Of a DNA stretch of 33,702 nt, positions 8,543 through 17,165 are shown in pieces. The notes under the pieces are model-generated. The model saw only the letters and a program-made list of their open reading frames with translations, had not been told where the DNA came from and did no database searches. Position numbers and translations under genes: made by a program. Numbering within the stretch: position 1 is the stretch's first letter; every line of letters starts with the position of its first letter. The DNA is from Bacteroidia bacterium (GTDB lineage: Bacteria; Bacteroidota; Bacteroidia; Bacteroidales; VadinHA17), in NCBI GenBank assembly GCA_026391215.1, contig JAPLDX010000097.1, forward strand, positions 1 through 33,702. Reading direction: 5' to 3'.

Positions 8543-9103
8543 ATGAAATCTCATAAATACAGGACAATTGCGGTAATCTTAATTCTTATCCTGATTACCC
8601 ATGCATGTAAAAAGACTGAGGATAAACCCGACGAAACCCCTCCGGTTCTGTCAGTGACGCCTGTAGACATTTCATCTGTCACATCAATTATTGCGTTTGG
8701 TGCTGACCTTACGTCTCAGCAAAAAAATCCTGCATTTGAATACATTGTAAACAATTCAGCAGTACAGGTCAGAGCGGTTTGTAAAGGATATATCGAAGAT
8801 GTCAGGTTAAATGATAATTTCCCGGATTATGAAGTGTGGATCAGGATGTCCTCCAATTCTGTCTTCAGGATAATTTATGATCATGTATTGAACATGAATG
8901 TCTCAAAAGGCGACAAAGTTGATCCTGGTGACATTCTGGGAGTTGTCGGAACAGGAAACCGGACTGAGCTGCAAATAAATAAAATCATCAGTAATAATGA
9001 AGAACTTTCATACTGTCCATTCGATTTTGGGACAGACGCATTTATCCAGCAACATAAATCCTTTACAGAAACCTGGTGTCTGACTGACACCGTAGTGCCA
9101 TAA
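8543..9103 (+). CDS. Lipoprotein with a degenerate M23-like (duplicated-hybrid) domain
   Basis: Lipobox ITHAC-KK. VRAVCKGYI and IIYDHV..MNVSKGDKVDPGDILGVVG are present, but there is no HxH motif. Confidence 0.65.
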   Translation: MKSHKYRTIAVILILILITHACKKTEDKPDETPPVLSVTPVDISSVTSIIAFGADLTSQQKNPAFEYIVNNSAVQVRAVCKGYIEDVRLNDNFPDYEVWIRMSSNSVFRIIYDHVLNMNVSKGDKVDPGDILGVVGTGNRTELQINKIISNNEELSYCPFDFGTDAFIQQHKSFTETWCLTDTVVP

Positions 9104-9150
9104 TCAGAGAATCCGCAACACTGAACACTCAAACGTTTTACCCACCCCAA

Positions 9151-9166
9151 CCCCTCCCGGGAGGGG
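9151..9166. repeat. Perfect 16-bp GC-rich palindrome (REP-like)
   Basis: cccctcccgggagggg, preceded by cccaccccaa. Confidence 0.75.
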
Positions 9167-9188
9167 ATCCTTAGATTACTGAACTCAC

Positions 9189-9233
9189 CAACGATCGAAC
9201 GCTCAAACGATCGAACGCTCAAACGATTGAACG
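9189..9233. repeat. 8/16-bp tandem repeat, same family as 525-578
   Basis: caacgatc gaacgctc aaacgatc gaacgctc aaacgatt gaacg. Confidence 0.85.
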
Positions 9234-9312
9234 TGTGAATTCAATAATTTTTCTATATTTACAACTTTTACAATGAAAATGAGTTTTTAATAACATGATA
9301 ATTTCAATTAAA

Positions 9313-10134
9313 ATGAACAATAAACTAAAGAGAAAGATCGCAGTGATCCTGGCCATCTCTGCGGTTACTGTAACAAGCCTCCAGGCACAGGACAGGAATG
9401 CTGTAATAGCAGCATATAACGAAGGGGCAAAATTGATGCAAACTGATGCCCCGGGTGCCATAAAGGCATTATCAGCTGCTGCCATGGCAGAGAAATATGG
9501 AACCCCAACACATAAAGAAAATGCAGGGAAGATCATGATCCAGGCTTATAACGCCCTGGCTAACAGCTATTTCAGTCAGAATGATTATGCAAACACGCTG
9601 CTGACATACGACAGTCTCTTAACGGTCAACCCCGGTTATATGAATGCTGTATACAACAAGGCTTCAATATATATCAAGCAGAATAATGCCACAGCTTTTG
9701 AGGAAACGATCGATCTTTATATTGAAAAGCTGAAGCCCGGAAATGATACAGCAAAAATAAAACAGGCATCCTCCCTGGCGCTTGGATATTTCCGTTCCGC
9801 CGGATCAAAGGCAAACCAGGCAGAGAACCTTGATGAAGCTCTTGCCATGCTTAATAAAGCTGCAAAGTACGGAGACGACAAGGATCTGTTCTACTTCTTT
9901 GCTGACGTATATAACAAACAGAAGAATTTCAACAGCGGAGCAGAATACGCCAGGAAGGGACTTGATCTCGAAAAAGGTGACGCCGAAGCCAAAGCGAAAT
10001 TCTACTATCAGCTTGCCGTTGCACAGGCAGGCAAAGGACAAACTGCCGATGCCTGCACTTCATTTAAGAATGCCATGTACGGACCATTTGCCGAGGCATC
10101 AAAGGCTCAAAGTAAAAACCTTAAATGTCAGTAA
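9313..10134 (+). CDS. Secreted tetratricopeptide-repeat protein
   Basis: Signal peptide ending SLQAQ. TPR-like helices AYNALANSYFSQNDY, AVYNKASIY, LFYFFADVYNKQKNF and FYYQLAVAQAGKGQTADAC. Start is 9295 or 9313. Confidence 0.75.
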   Translation: MNNKLKRKIAVILAISAVTVTSLQAQDRNAVIAAYNEGAKLMQTDAPGAIKALSAAAMAEKYGTPTHKENAGKIMIQAYNALANSYFSQNDYANTLLTYDSLLTVNPGYMNAVYNKASIYIKQNNATAFEETIDLYIEKLKPGNDTAKIKQASSLALGYFRSAGSKANQAENLDEALAMLNKAAKYGDDKDLFYFFADVYNKQKNFNSGAEYARKGLDLEKGDAEAKAKFYYQLAVAQAGKGQTADACTSFKNAMYGPFAEASKAQSKNLKCQ

Positions 10135-10153
10135 GTTAAGACTGCAAGACTTT

Positions 10154-11395
10154 TTATCTTCTCCTCCAGCGGTTATTGCGGTTACGGCTTTCACGCGCAA
10201 CATTACGCGGACGGTTATGATCCTGGTGTTGTCGCTGAGGAGGTTTAACAGGATTTTCGTCAATCAGCGGATAAGGATGATCATTAATGACCTGTATCCT
10301 TTTCGTGATAAGTTTCTCAATGTCCCTGAGATATGCTTTTTCATCTGCATCACAGAATGAAATTGCCGTCCCGCCTGCACCGGCCCTTCCGGTCCTGCCT
10401 ATCCTGTGTACATACGTTTCAGAGATATTGGGTATCTCATAATTTATAACATATTCAAGATCATCCACATCTATACCCCGGGCTGCAATATCAGTTGCCA
10501 CCAGTACACGGGTTGTCTGAGCCTTGAAACTTGAAAGTGCCCGCTGCCGGGTATTCTGTGCCTTGTTGCCATGAATTGCCTCAGCGCTGATATTTTTCTT
10601 TTTCAGCACCTTCACAACTTTATCGGCGCCATATTTTGTGCGGGTGAAAACGAGGGCTGTCTTTATCTTTTTATCCTTTAGCAACTCTAGCAGGAGAGCG
10701 TTCTTATTGACCTTGTCCGTGAAGTAGACGAACTGTTTGACAATATCGACTGTTGTCGCTGAAGGAGTAACCTCAACTTTTACAGGTTTGTATACTATTG
10801 ATCCAGCCAGCTTCACTATCTCGGGCGGCATGGTGGCGGAGAAGAAAAGCGATTGCCTCTTAGGAGGGAGCGCTGCAATGATCTTCCGTACATCATGAAT
10901 GAACCCCATATCGAGCATCCTGTCTGCTTCGTCAAGGACAAAAATTTCAATATCCTTTAAAGAGATGAATCCCTGGTTCATAAGATCAAGCAATCTGCCG
11001 GGTGTTGCCACAAGGATATCAACGCCATTTCGCAATGAGGTTGTCTGTGGGTTCTGATGCACTCCTCCGAAAACTACCGTGCATGTCAATCCTGTATACC
11101 GGCCATACGTTTTAAAACTCTCTTCAATCTGTATTGCAAGCTCCCTGGTGGGTGTGACAATAAGACTTCTTATTTTTCTCTTCCTGTCGAATGACCTTGT
11201 TTTACCAAGCAGCTGAAGGATAGGGACAGCAAATGCAGCTGTCTTTCCTGTTCCTGTTTGTGCACAACCGATAAGATCGGTTCCCCTGAGTACGATTGGT
11301 ATAGCTTGCTCCTGGATTGGTGTAGGTATCTTGTATCCCTCTTCTTTTAATGATCTGAGAATAGGTTCAATAATGTTCAATGATTCAAATTGCAT
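10154..11395 (-). CDS. rhlE: DEAD-box ATP-dependent RNA helicase (RhlE-like)
   Basis: Q motif PTPIQEQAIP, AQTGTGKT, PTRELA, TPGRLLD, DEAD, SAT, ARGID, HRIGRTGR and an Arg-rich tail. The subfamily symbol is less certain than the family. Confidence 0.92.
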   Translation of the reverse strand: MQFESLNIIEPILRSLKEEGYKIPTPIQEQAIPIVLRGTDLIGCAQTGTGKTAAFAVPILQLLGKTRSFDRKRKIRSLIVTPTRELAIQIEESFKTYGRYTGLTCTVVFGGVHQNPQTTSLRNGVDILVATPGRLLDLMNQGFISLKDIEIFVLDEADRMLDMGFIHDVRKIIAALPPKRQSLFFSATMPPEIVKLAGSIVYKPVKVEVTPSATTVDIVKQFVYFTDKVNKNALLLELLKDKKIKTALVFTRTKYGADKVVKVLKKKNISAEAIHGNKAQNTRQRALSSFKAQTTRVLVATDIAARGIDVDDLEYVINYEIPNISETYVHRIGRTGRAGAGGTAISFCDADEKAYLRDIEKLITKRIQVINDHPYPLIDENPVKPPQRQHQDHNRPRNVARESRNRNNRWRRR

Positions 11396-11570
11396 AAAAT
11401 TGTTTGTAAAAGTTTTGTGAAATAAAAACTGCCGGATGATGGCTGGGATTATTCCGTTATTATTAGCGGGCGAAGATACTACTTATTAACTAATCTTCCG
11501 ATTAATACTTTGTAAAACAATAAAGTCTAAAATGTTTTACGAACCATATAACATAATGTGTGTGGACAAA

Positions 11571-11703
11571 CCGGAAACGGTGCGAACCGCAGCCTGTTTG
11601 GTGGCGCCTTTATGGCTTTGTGTAGCGAGCGGACAAACAGGCTGAGGTTGTCGTTTCCGGCGCCCTTTCTTTGGTTCTTTCTTTGGACGAACAAAGAAAG
11701 AAC
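11571..11703. repeat. Structured intergenic element: long interrupted hairpin plus a 12-bp perfect hairpin (MITE/REP-like or ncRNA)
   Basis: ccggaaacg (11571-11579) pairs with cgtttccgg (11652-11660). cagcctgtttg (11590-11600) pairs with caaacaggctg (11634-11644). gttctttctttg-gacgaa-caaagaaagaac (11674-11703). Confidence 0.7.
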
Positions 11704-11799
11704 GAAAAAGATTGCAAGTTATAGAACCCCGTCTTGCTGTGTAAACTCTGCCAAAACAATCAACTGAATTTCAAATCAGAACAATATTTTAAAAATATA

Positions 11800-11807
11800 T
11801 ACCTTTG
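11800..11807 (+). promoter_or_regulatory. Bacteroidota -7 promoter box
   Basis: TACCTTTG matches TAnnTTTG, 42 nt before the LytTR start. Confidence 0.55.
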
Positions 11808-11849
11808 AATTATGACAAATGAACCTGATAATGTTTTTGATCTGACGAT

Positions 11850-12692
11850 ATGAATAAAAAACCTAACCAGTTTGTCCAGTTATTAAACAAGGAAATAAGA
11901 CTTCTCCTGAGTATCAGTTTCGGTATATTTCTCTTTATCCTTTTCTTTCAGCCATTTGCTATAGAAAAATTCGATTTTAATAACCGATTGCTGTTTGTTG
12001 GCGGTTTTGGGGCAATTGACTTTTTATTAATGTTCTTATTCCGGGTTGTTTTACCCTGGATGATTCAAAAAAATAATCAGGACGATAAAGAACCTGTCTT
12101 AACTTCTTACCTGAGCGGCTTCATTATTTTAATTTTATGTTCGGTTGCTTTTACCTTCTATCTGAGGTATGTGGGATCTGTAAGCATATCCTTCTATGTC
12201 GTTTTTAAAATAGTATTGATCTGCCTCGTACCCCCATTGATTTTAAAATTATATGATGTAAATAAAGAATTAATTCAGCAAAATGAATCTCTGATTTCAG
12301 AGAGGAAGGTTATTCAAAAACAGATTGAAAAATATGAAGAAGACAACCTGAACAAATCTATAGAGTTTATTTCTGAGACCAATACTGAAAACCTGACCCT
12401 TATTATTTCAGAAGTCGTCTTTTTTCAATCTGCTGATAACTATGTGGAAATAGCATATATGGATGGTGATAAAATTAAGAAAGAGCTTATCCGGAATACT
12501 TTAAAGAACATTGAGCTTCAGATTAAACAGTATTCGAATTTCATCCGTTGTCACAGAACATGTATAGCAAACATGCATTACATCGAAAAACTTAATCAGG
12601 ATTATAGCAGTCACTGGATAACCATAAAGGGATACCCTGAAAAAATCCCTGTTTCGAGACAGTACTTGTTAAAACTTAAAGAAGCCTTATAA
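11850..12692 (+). CDS. Membrane-anchored LytTR DNA-binding protein (no receiver domain)
   Basis: Four hydrophobic segments (FLFILFFQPF and others), a coiled linker, then LytTR motifs QSADNYVEI, LIRNTLKNIE, FIRCHRTCIAN and IPVSR. Confidence 0.88.
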   Translation: MNKKPNQFVQLLNKEIRLLLSISFGIFLFILFFQPFAIEKFDFNNRLLFVGGFGAIDFLLMFLFRVVLPWMIQKNNQDDKEPVLTSYLSGFIILILCSVAFTFYLRYVGSVSISFYVVFKIVLICLVPPLILKLYDVNKELIQQNESLISERKVIQKQIEKYEEDNLNKSIEFISETNTENLTLIISEVVFFQSADNYVEIAYMDGDKIKKELIRNTLKNIELQIKQYSNFIRCHRTCIANMHYIEKLNQDYSSHWITIKGYPEKIPVSRQYLLKLKEAL

Positions 12693-12710
12693 ATGATCAG
12701 GGGCGAATAC

Positions 12711-12818
12711 CATCTGCCCCGAATATATGACATTTGTCCCCATTTTATTTGATTAATCCCGGATTAGTGAGAGTTAATCCCTTTTTTTTGCTGTGGATAT
12801 ATCATGAAAATATCTTTG
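12711..12818 (+). promoter_or_regulatory. Four phased direct repeats (putative LytTR operator) plus a -33/-7 promoter
   Basis: catctgcccc at 12711, catttgtccc at 12731, gattaatccc at 12751 and agttaatccc at 12772 (period 20/20/21). TTTG 12787-12790, 20-nt spacer, TATCTTTG 12811-12818. Confidence 0.65.
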
Positions 12819-12841
12819 GCCAAATTTATTTTAAAGATGAT

Positions 12842-14317
12842 ATGAATATTCTATTGGTATATCCTCAGTATCCGGTTACATTCTGGAGTTTTAAACATGC
12901 TCTGAAGTTTATTTCAAAAAAGGCATCGAATGTACCCTTGGGTTTGATTACTATAGCGTCATTATTGCCTGACTGCTGGGATAAGAAACTCACGGACCTC
13001 AATGTTACCAGTCTTAAGGATAAAGATATTAAATGGGCAGATTATGTTTTCATCAGCGCTATGTCAATTCAGCTGGCTTCGGTAAAACAAATTGTTGAGC
13101 GATGCAAGCAGCTTAATGCCAAAATGGTAGCAGGAGGACCCCTGTTTACCGAAGAATATGAACAGTATACTGAAATAGATCATTTAGTGCTTAATGAAGC
13201 AGAAATAACCTTACCTCTATTTATTGAAGACCTAAAAAACGGCAGGCCAAAAAAGATCTATCAGTCAGATAAATTTGCTGATATCACAAAAACACCCTTA
13301 CCTGATTATTCTCTTCTAAAATCAGGTGCATATGCAACTGCGGGAATACAATATTCAAGAGGATGTCCTTTTGATTGCGAATTTTGCGATATCACAGCCT
13401 TGCTTGGCCGCCAGGTCCGTACAAAAACCTCTGTACAGATTATTGCTGAATTAGACCAGTTGTTGAAAATAGGCTGGAGAGGCAGTGTGTTTTTTGTAGA
13501 TGATAATTTTATCGGACATAAAAAGAAATTAAAAAATGAATTGCTCCCGGCGGTTATTAACTGGATGAAGTTAAATAACAATCCTTTCAGTTTCATAACC
13601 GAAGCTTCTATTAATCTGGCTGACGATAAAGATCTGATGGATATGATGGTCAAAGCGGGTTTTACCAGAGTATTTGTAGGTATTGAAACTCCGGAGGAGA
13701 GTTGTTTGATGGAGTGCAACAAGCTGCATAATAATAATCGTGACCTGATAGAATGTGTAAATACAATTCAGCGTAAGGGAATGGAAGTATATGCCGGTTT
13801 TATTGTTGGATTTGATAATGATCCACCGAATATCTTTCAGCGGCAGATCGACTTTATTCAGAAAAGCGGGATCATAACTGCAATGGTCGGGCTTTTGAAT
13901 GCACCACGATTATCTAAACTGTACATGAGATTAAAAAATGAAGGCAGGATAAGTGACAAATTTGGTGGTGACAATACCAATTATTCAATGAATTTTATAC
14001 CGGTAATGGATAAAAATGAGTTGTTAAAAGGTTATCAGAAGATCATTAAGAATATCTATTCCTGTAAGTCCTATTATGAAAGGGTAAAAATGTTTCTGAA
14101 ACAATATGATCCTCCATTTCACGAGCCGCTTTCATTAAACAGGTTTATGGCATTTATCAAATCGATAATATACATAGGAATTCTAAAGAGGAACAGCAGA
14201 TACTTTTGGAAACTCCTTTTCTGGAGCATTTTTAACAAACCGAAGTCATTTCCCCTGGCAGTCACCTACAGCATTTATGGGTATCATTTCAGAAGAGTAT
14301 TCAAAGATGTCAGTTGA
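12842..14317 (+). CDS. B12-binding radical SAM protein with a DUF4070-like C-terminus
   Basis: MNILLVYPQYPVTFWSF..PLGLITIA (B12-binding start), SRGCPFDCEFC (CxxxCxxC), FFVDDNFIG, GIETP and GFIVGFDND. The start was moved to ATG 12842, downstream of the promoter. Confidence 0.9.
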   Translation: MNILLVYPQYPVTFWSFKHALKFISKKASNVPLGLITIASLLPDCWDKKLTDLNVTSLKDKDIKWADYVFISAMSIQLASVKQIVERCKQLNAKMVAGGPLFTEEYEQYTEIDHLVLNEAEITLPLFIEDLKNGRPKKIYQSDKFADITKTPLPDYSLLKSGAYATAGIQYSRGCPFDCEFCDITALLGRQVRTKTSVQIIAELDQLLKIGWRGSVFFVDDNFIGHKKKLKNELLPAVINWMKLNNNPFSFITEASINLADDKDLMDMMVKAGFTRVFVGIETPEESCLMECNKLHNNNRDLIECVNTIQRKGMEVYAGFIVGFDNDPPNIFQRQIDFIQKSGIITAMVGLLNAPRLSKLYMRLKNEGRISDKFGGDNTNYSMNFIPVMDKNELLKGYQKIIKNIYSCKSYYERVKMFLKQYDPPFHEPLSLNRFMAFIKSIIYIGILKRNSRYFWKLLFWSIFNKPKSFPLAVTYSIYGYHFRRVFKDVS

Positions 14318-14361
14318 TTGAAATCAAGACATTACACCCCGGATGATCCTTTATAGATAGT

Positions 14362-15894
14362 CTACTGGCCGGGATTGGAAACGCTCATTATCTCCCGGAC
14401 CATCTTTGTGACGCTGCGGAAATCTATCTTCCCTGTGGCCATCATTGGCAACTCCTTGATAACTACAAATTGCCTTGGAAGAGCGATAATGGGCAGCTCA
14501 TCTAACATCTTCCTGAGTATTTCTGTCTTGTTTACCTCCTTAGTAACCGTTGCCACAATAACTGATCCCTTTTTATCATCCGATACCTCGACAACACAAC
14601 AGGATACTCCCTCCGGAAGCAGCTTCTCCAATATATTCTCCACCTTAACCAGAGAGACCATCTCTCCTCCGACCTTTGTAAATCTCTTGAACCGGCCGGC
14701 ATGCCACAGGTAGTTGTCTTCATCAAAGAATCCCATGTCACCGGTATTATACCAGCCGTCAGACAGGACTTCAGCAGTAAGCTTCGGATCATCATAATAT
14801 CCATTCATTACAGAGTCTCCCTTTACCAGGATCTTTCCAACTTCCCTGGTCTTGCACTCTTCACCGGTCTCAAAATTCTCAATCCTGACCTGAACATTCG
14901 GAATAACTTTCCCGGTGCTGCCGGGTCTGTTAAATTCATGTGAGTTAACAGATATAACCGGAGATGTCTCGGTAGCTCCATAACCCTCAAGTAGTGTAAC
15001 CCCATGCTTTTTCATGTACCCTTCCCTCAGGGCATCAGGACATTTATCTGCACCGGCCACCATTAATCTGAGAGTTTTATAATCTCCGGGTTCGGATTTC
15101 TGGAGATATCCCCAGAAGAAGCTTGGTGTACCAACCATTAAAGTTGGCTTCTCCTCACGTGCGATATTACTGATTGCCTGAAAATCAAGAGGATTAGCGT
15201 AAGTGACCATAGTCATACCATAATAGAATGGCACCCAGAGATTTACTGTCAATCCAAATATATGGTAAAAGACAAGGTTTGACAATATAATATCTGATTC
15301 AGTTATTTTCACATAACCTCCAAAATTTTCAATATTTGAAATAATATTCCGGTGCGTCAGAGGGACTGCTTTAGGATCTTTTTCACTTCCGCTGGTAAAT
15401 AATATTGCGGCATTGTCATTTTCATCCCCTTTATGAATATTATTTAGGATCATATTGACTGGAAGCTTTGATTTCAATGCTGCCTTTAGTTTATCTCCTG
15501 TTGTAACGCCTGCCATTATATCTTCAATCATTACCATGCCGTCAATTATCGGGCAATTGATTTTTTCCAGCAATGCTTTTGAAGCAATAATTGTTCTGAA
15601 TTTGCATTTCTTTTGTGCGTACTTTGCATTGGCTTCAGCGCCGGTGGAATAGTTTATCATCACTGGTATTCTTCCGCTCATCAGTGCTCCAACGGAAGCC
15701 AGGGCACAACCGGCTGAGGTAGGTATCATTATGCCAATGAATCCTTTGTCATATTTTTGAAATTTAGAGCTGAGGATCAAAGCGCCGATCAAAGCAGTCG
15801 AATAATCAACAGTCTTCCCTGTGGTCTTGTCAATAACTGCAGGTTTTTTAGCATGCTTCTTTGCTATACGGACAAATTGCTGGTGGAGTAACAT
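14362..15894 (-). CDS. AMP-binding adenylate-forming enzyme, similar to the acyl-ACP synthetase half of Aas
   Basis: LFTSGSEKDPKAV, GTPSFF, EGYGATETSPV, WYNTGD, GRFKRFTKVGGEMVSL and TGKIDF. No acyltransferase domain. Confidence 0.88.
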   Translation of the reverse strand: MLLHQQFVRIAKKHAKKPAVIDKTTGKTVDYSTALIGALILSSKFQKYDKGFIGIMIPTSAGCALASVGALMSGRIPVMINYSTGAEANAKYAQKKCKFRTIIASKALLEKINCPIIDGMVMIEDIMAGVTTGDKLKAALKSKLPVNMILNNIHKGDENDNAAILFTSGSEKDPKAVPLTHRNIISNIENFGGYVKITESDIILSNLVFYHIFGLTVNLWVPFYYGMTMVTYANPLDFQAISNIAREEKPTLMVGTPSFFWGYLQKSEPGDYKTLRLMVAGADKCPDALREGYMKKHGVTLLEGYGATETSPVISVNSHEFNRPGSTGKVIPNVQVRIENFETGEECKTREVGKILVKGDSVMNGYYDDPKLTAEVLSDGWYNTGDMGFFDEDNYLWHAGRFKRFTKVGGEMVSLVKVENILEKLLPEGVSCCVVEVSDDKKGSVIVATVTKEVNKTEILRKMLDELPIIALPRQFVVIKELPMMATGKIDFRSVTKMVREIMSVSNPGQ

Positions 15895-16150
15895 AATGGT
15901 AGGTATTAATTATAGTTTCACCTTCAAAAATTAAACGCCTAATATAGTGAAATATGTTTTAATCCTGATAGTATTAAAAAAATATTCTAAAAATATTGAA
16001 TGTGACAAAATTATGTAATAAACTCAAATAAAGATATATATGAGCCAGCATCCGGGAATTGTAGAATAAGCAATTCCATTCGGTCGAAAAATAATCATAT
16101 TAAATGAGAATGAATCTTGTTCATTTCTTATGCTAATTCAATAGATTTTC

Positions 16151-16255
16151 GTTCATTTTTTGCTCGCCCCTTCCTTCTTTTGCATCAGCGAACAAAGAAC
16201 CGGGGAATCCCATCATGCGGGATGACGAGCCCGGCGAAGCCAAAGAACAGAAAGG
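16151..16255. repeat. Degenerate inverted relative of the 11664-11703 hairpin, interrupted by GC-rich sequence
   Basis: gttcattttttgctcgccc versus the reverse complement gttctttctttgttcgtcc (15/19). Ends ccaaagaacagaaagg. Internal atccc-atcatgc-gggat. Confidence 0.45.
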
Positions 16256-16272
16256 TCAGATGATTGTAGTAA

Positions 16273-16983
16273 TTACCAGACAAATGGTATCAGCCGGAAT
16301 TTCACTCTCTCAGCATATTCCTTATAGCCTGCGAGCTTTGTCTTCAGAGTGGAATCTTCAAAATGAGTGCGGATAATGAACAGGATCGCCATTATAGCTG
16401 CAGGAATAAATGCCCATAATGAACCAAAGATTACAGGCATTGCCAGCGTATAAGTAATCATCGCGAGATACCCAGGATGACGTATGTAACGGTAGGGCCC
16501 GCTGTCTGACACTGAATGATTCCTGTCATACTGTATCCTGACAGTCGTTGAGAACCAGGTATTTGATACCATAGCCCAGAATACAACAACAGTACCAAGT
16601 ACAAAAACGACCAGGCCGGCAAGATGGATCCATAAAGATGTTTCGGCAGACCATCCAAACCGGATATCAAGTCCACATATAATATATAAGGCAGACCAAA
16701 AAATCAGCATCACCAGACTTATGATCTTATCCCATTTCTCAGTATTCTCTTTTTTACGGCCCCGCTCGGCAATCAGCTCAGGCTTGAGAATAAATGCACC
16801 GGTTATTGATATCAGCACATAAGCTATTGTATATATCCATGCATAGATCCAGTCAATCTTCCCCGATGATACAAACAAAATCACTGCAGTAATGATCACT
16901 GTAAATATGACCTGTAAAATCCGTCTTATCATATTTTTTCTGATATCCAGACTGTTGATGTCCTGTTTTTCCTGGTCTGTCAT
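16273..16983 (-). CDS. Isoprenylcysteine carboxylmethyltransferase/PEMT-family membrane methyltransferase
   Basis: Multi-TM protein. NTWFSTTVRIQ, GPYRYIRHPGY and RTHFED..L...LAGYKEY..RVKFRLIP. Confidence 0.88.
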   Translation of the reverse strand: MTDQEKQDINSLDIRKNMIRRILQVIFTVIITAVILFVSSGKIDWIYAWIYTIAYVLISITGAFILKPELIAERGRKKENTEKWDKIISLVMLIFWSALYIICGLDIRFGWSAETSLWIHLAGLVVFVLGTVVVFWAMVSNTWFSTTVRIQYDRNHSVSDSGPYRYIRHPGYLAMITYTLAMPVIFGSLWAFIPAAIMAILFIIRTHFEDSTLKTKLAGYKEYAERVKFRLIPFVW

Positions 16984-17165
16984 TCTATTACCTCCTCATA
17001 CTTATAATTACTTTTAACACTGTACGTTAAACGATAGCACGAATTGCCAGAATTCGCGGGAACCAGTACAAAATTTTGAGTGCCATATCTGATAGTTTTT
17101 AGGATTATCCTGTTTCTGAAAAGTGATTATTTGGATAAATTATTTACTATATTCTTCGTCGGATC

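Noticed and set aside
3781-9103. Integron cassette array
   Set aside because: Gene orientations are mixed, and I found no recognisable attC sites or integrase.
9440-9490. Possible internal in-frame deletion in the TPR protein
   Set aside because: The first helical repeat looks short, but this cannot be supported without an ortholog alignment.
9782-10360. 192-aa ORF and the other short overlapping ORFs in the track
   Set aside because: They are alternate-frame or antisense overlaps of well-supported genes, with no recognisable motifs.
11512-11540. 8-bp inverted repeat gtaaaaca/tgttttac
   Set aside because: It is short and AT-rich, so it is plausible by chance.
11558-11767. 69-aa ORF from the track
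   Set aside because: It is a translation of the hairpin element with no protein-like features.
12734-12841. 36-aa N-terminal extension of the radical SAM protein
   Set aside because: The TTG start lies upstream of the promoter and within the operator repeats. The family-like sequence begins at ATG 12842.
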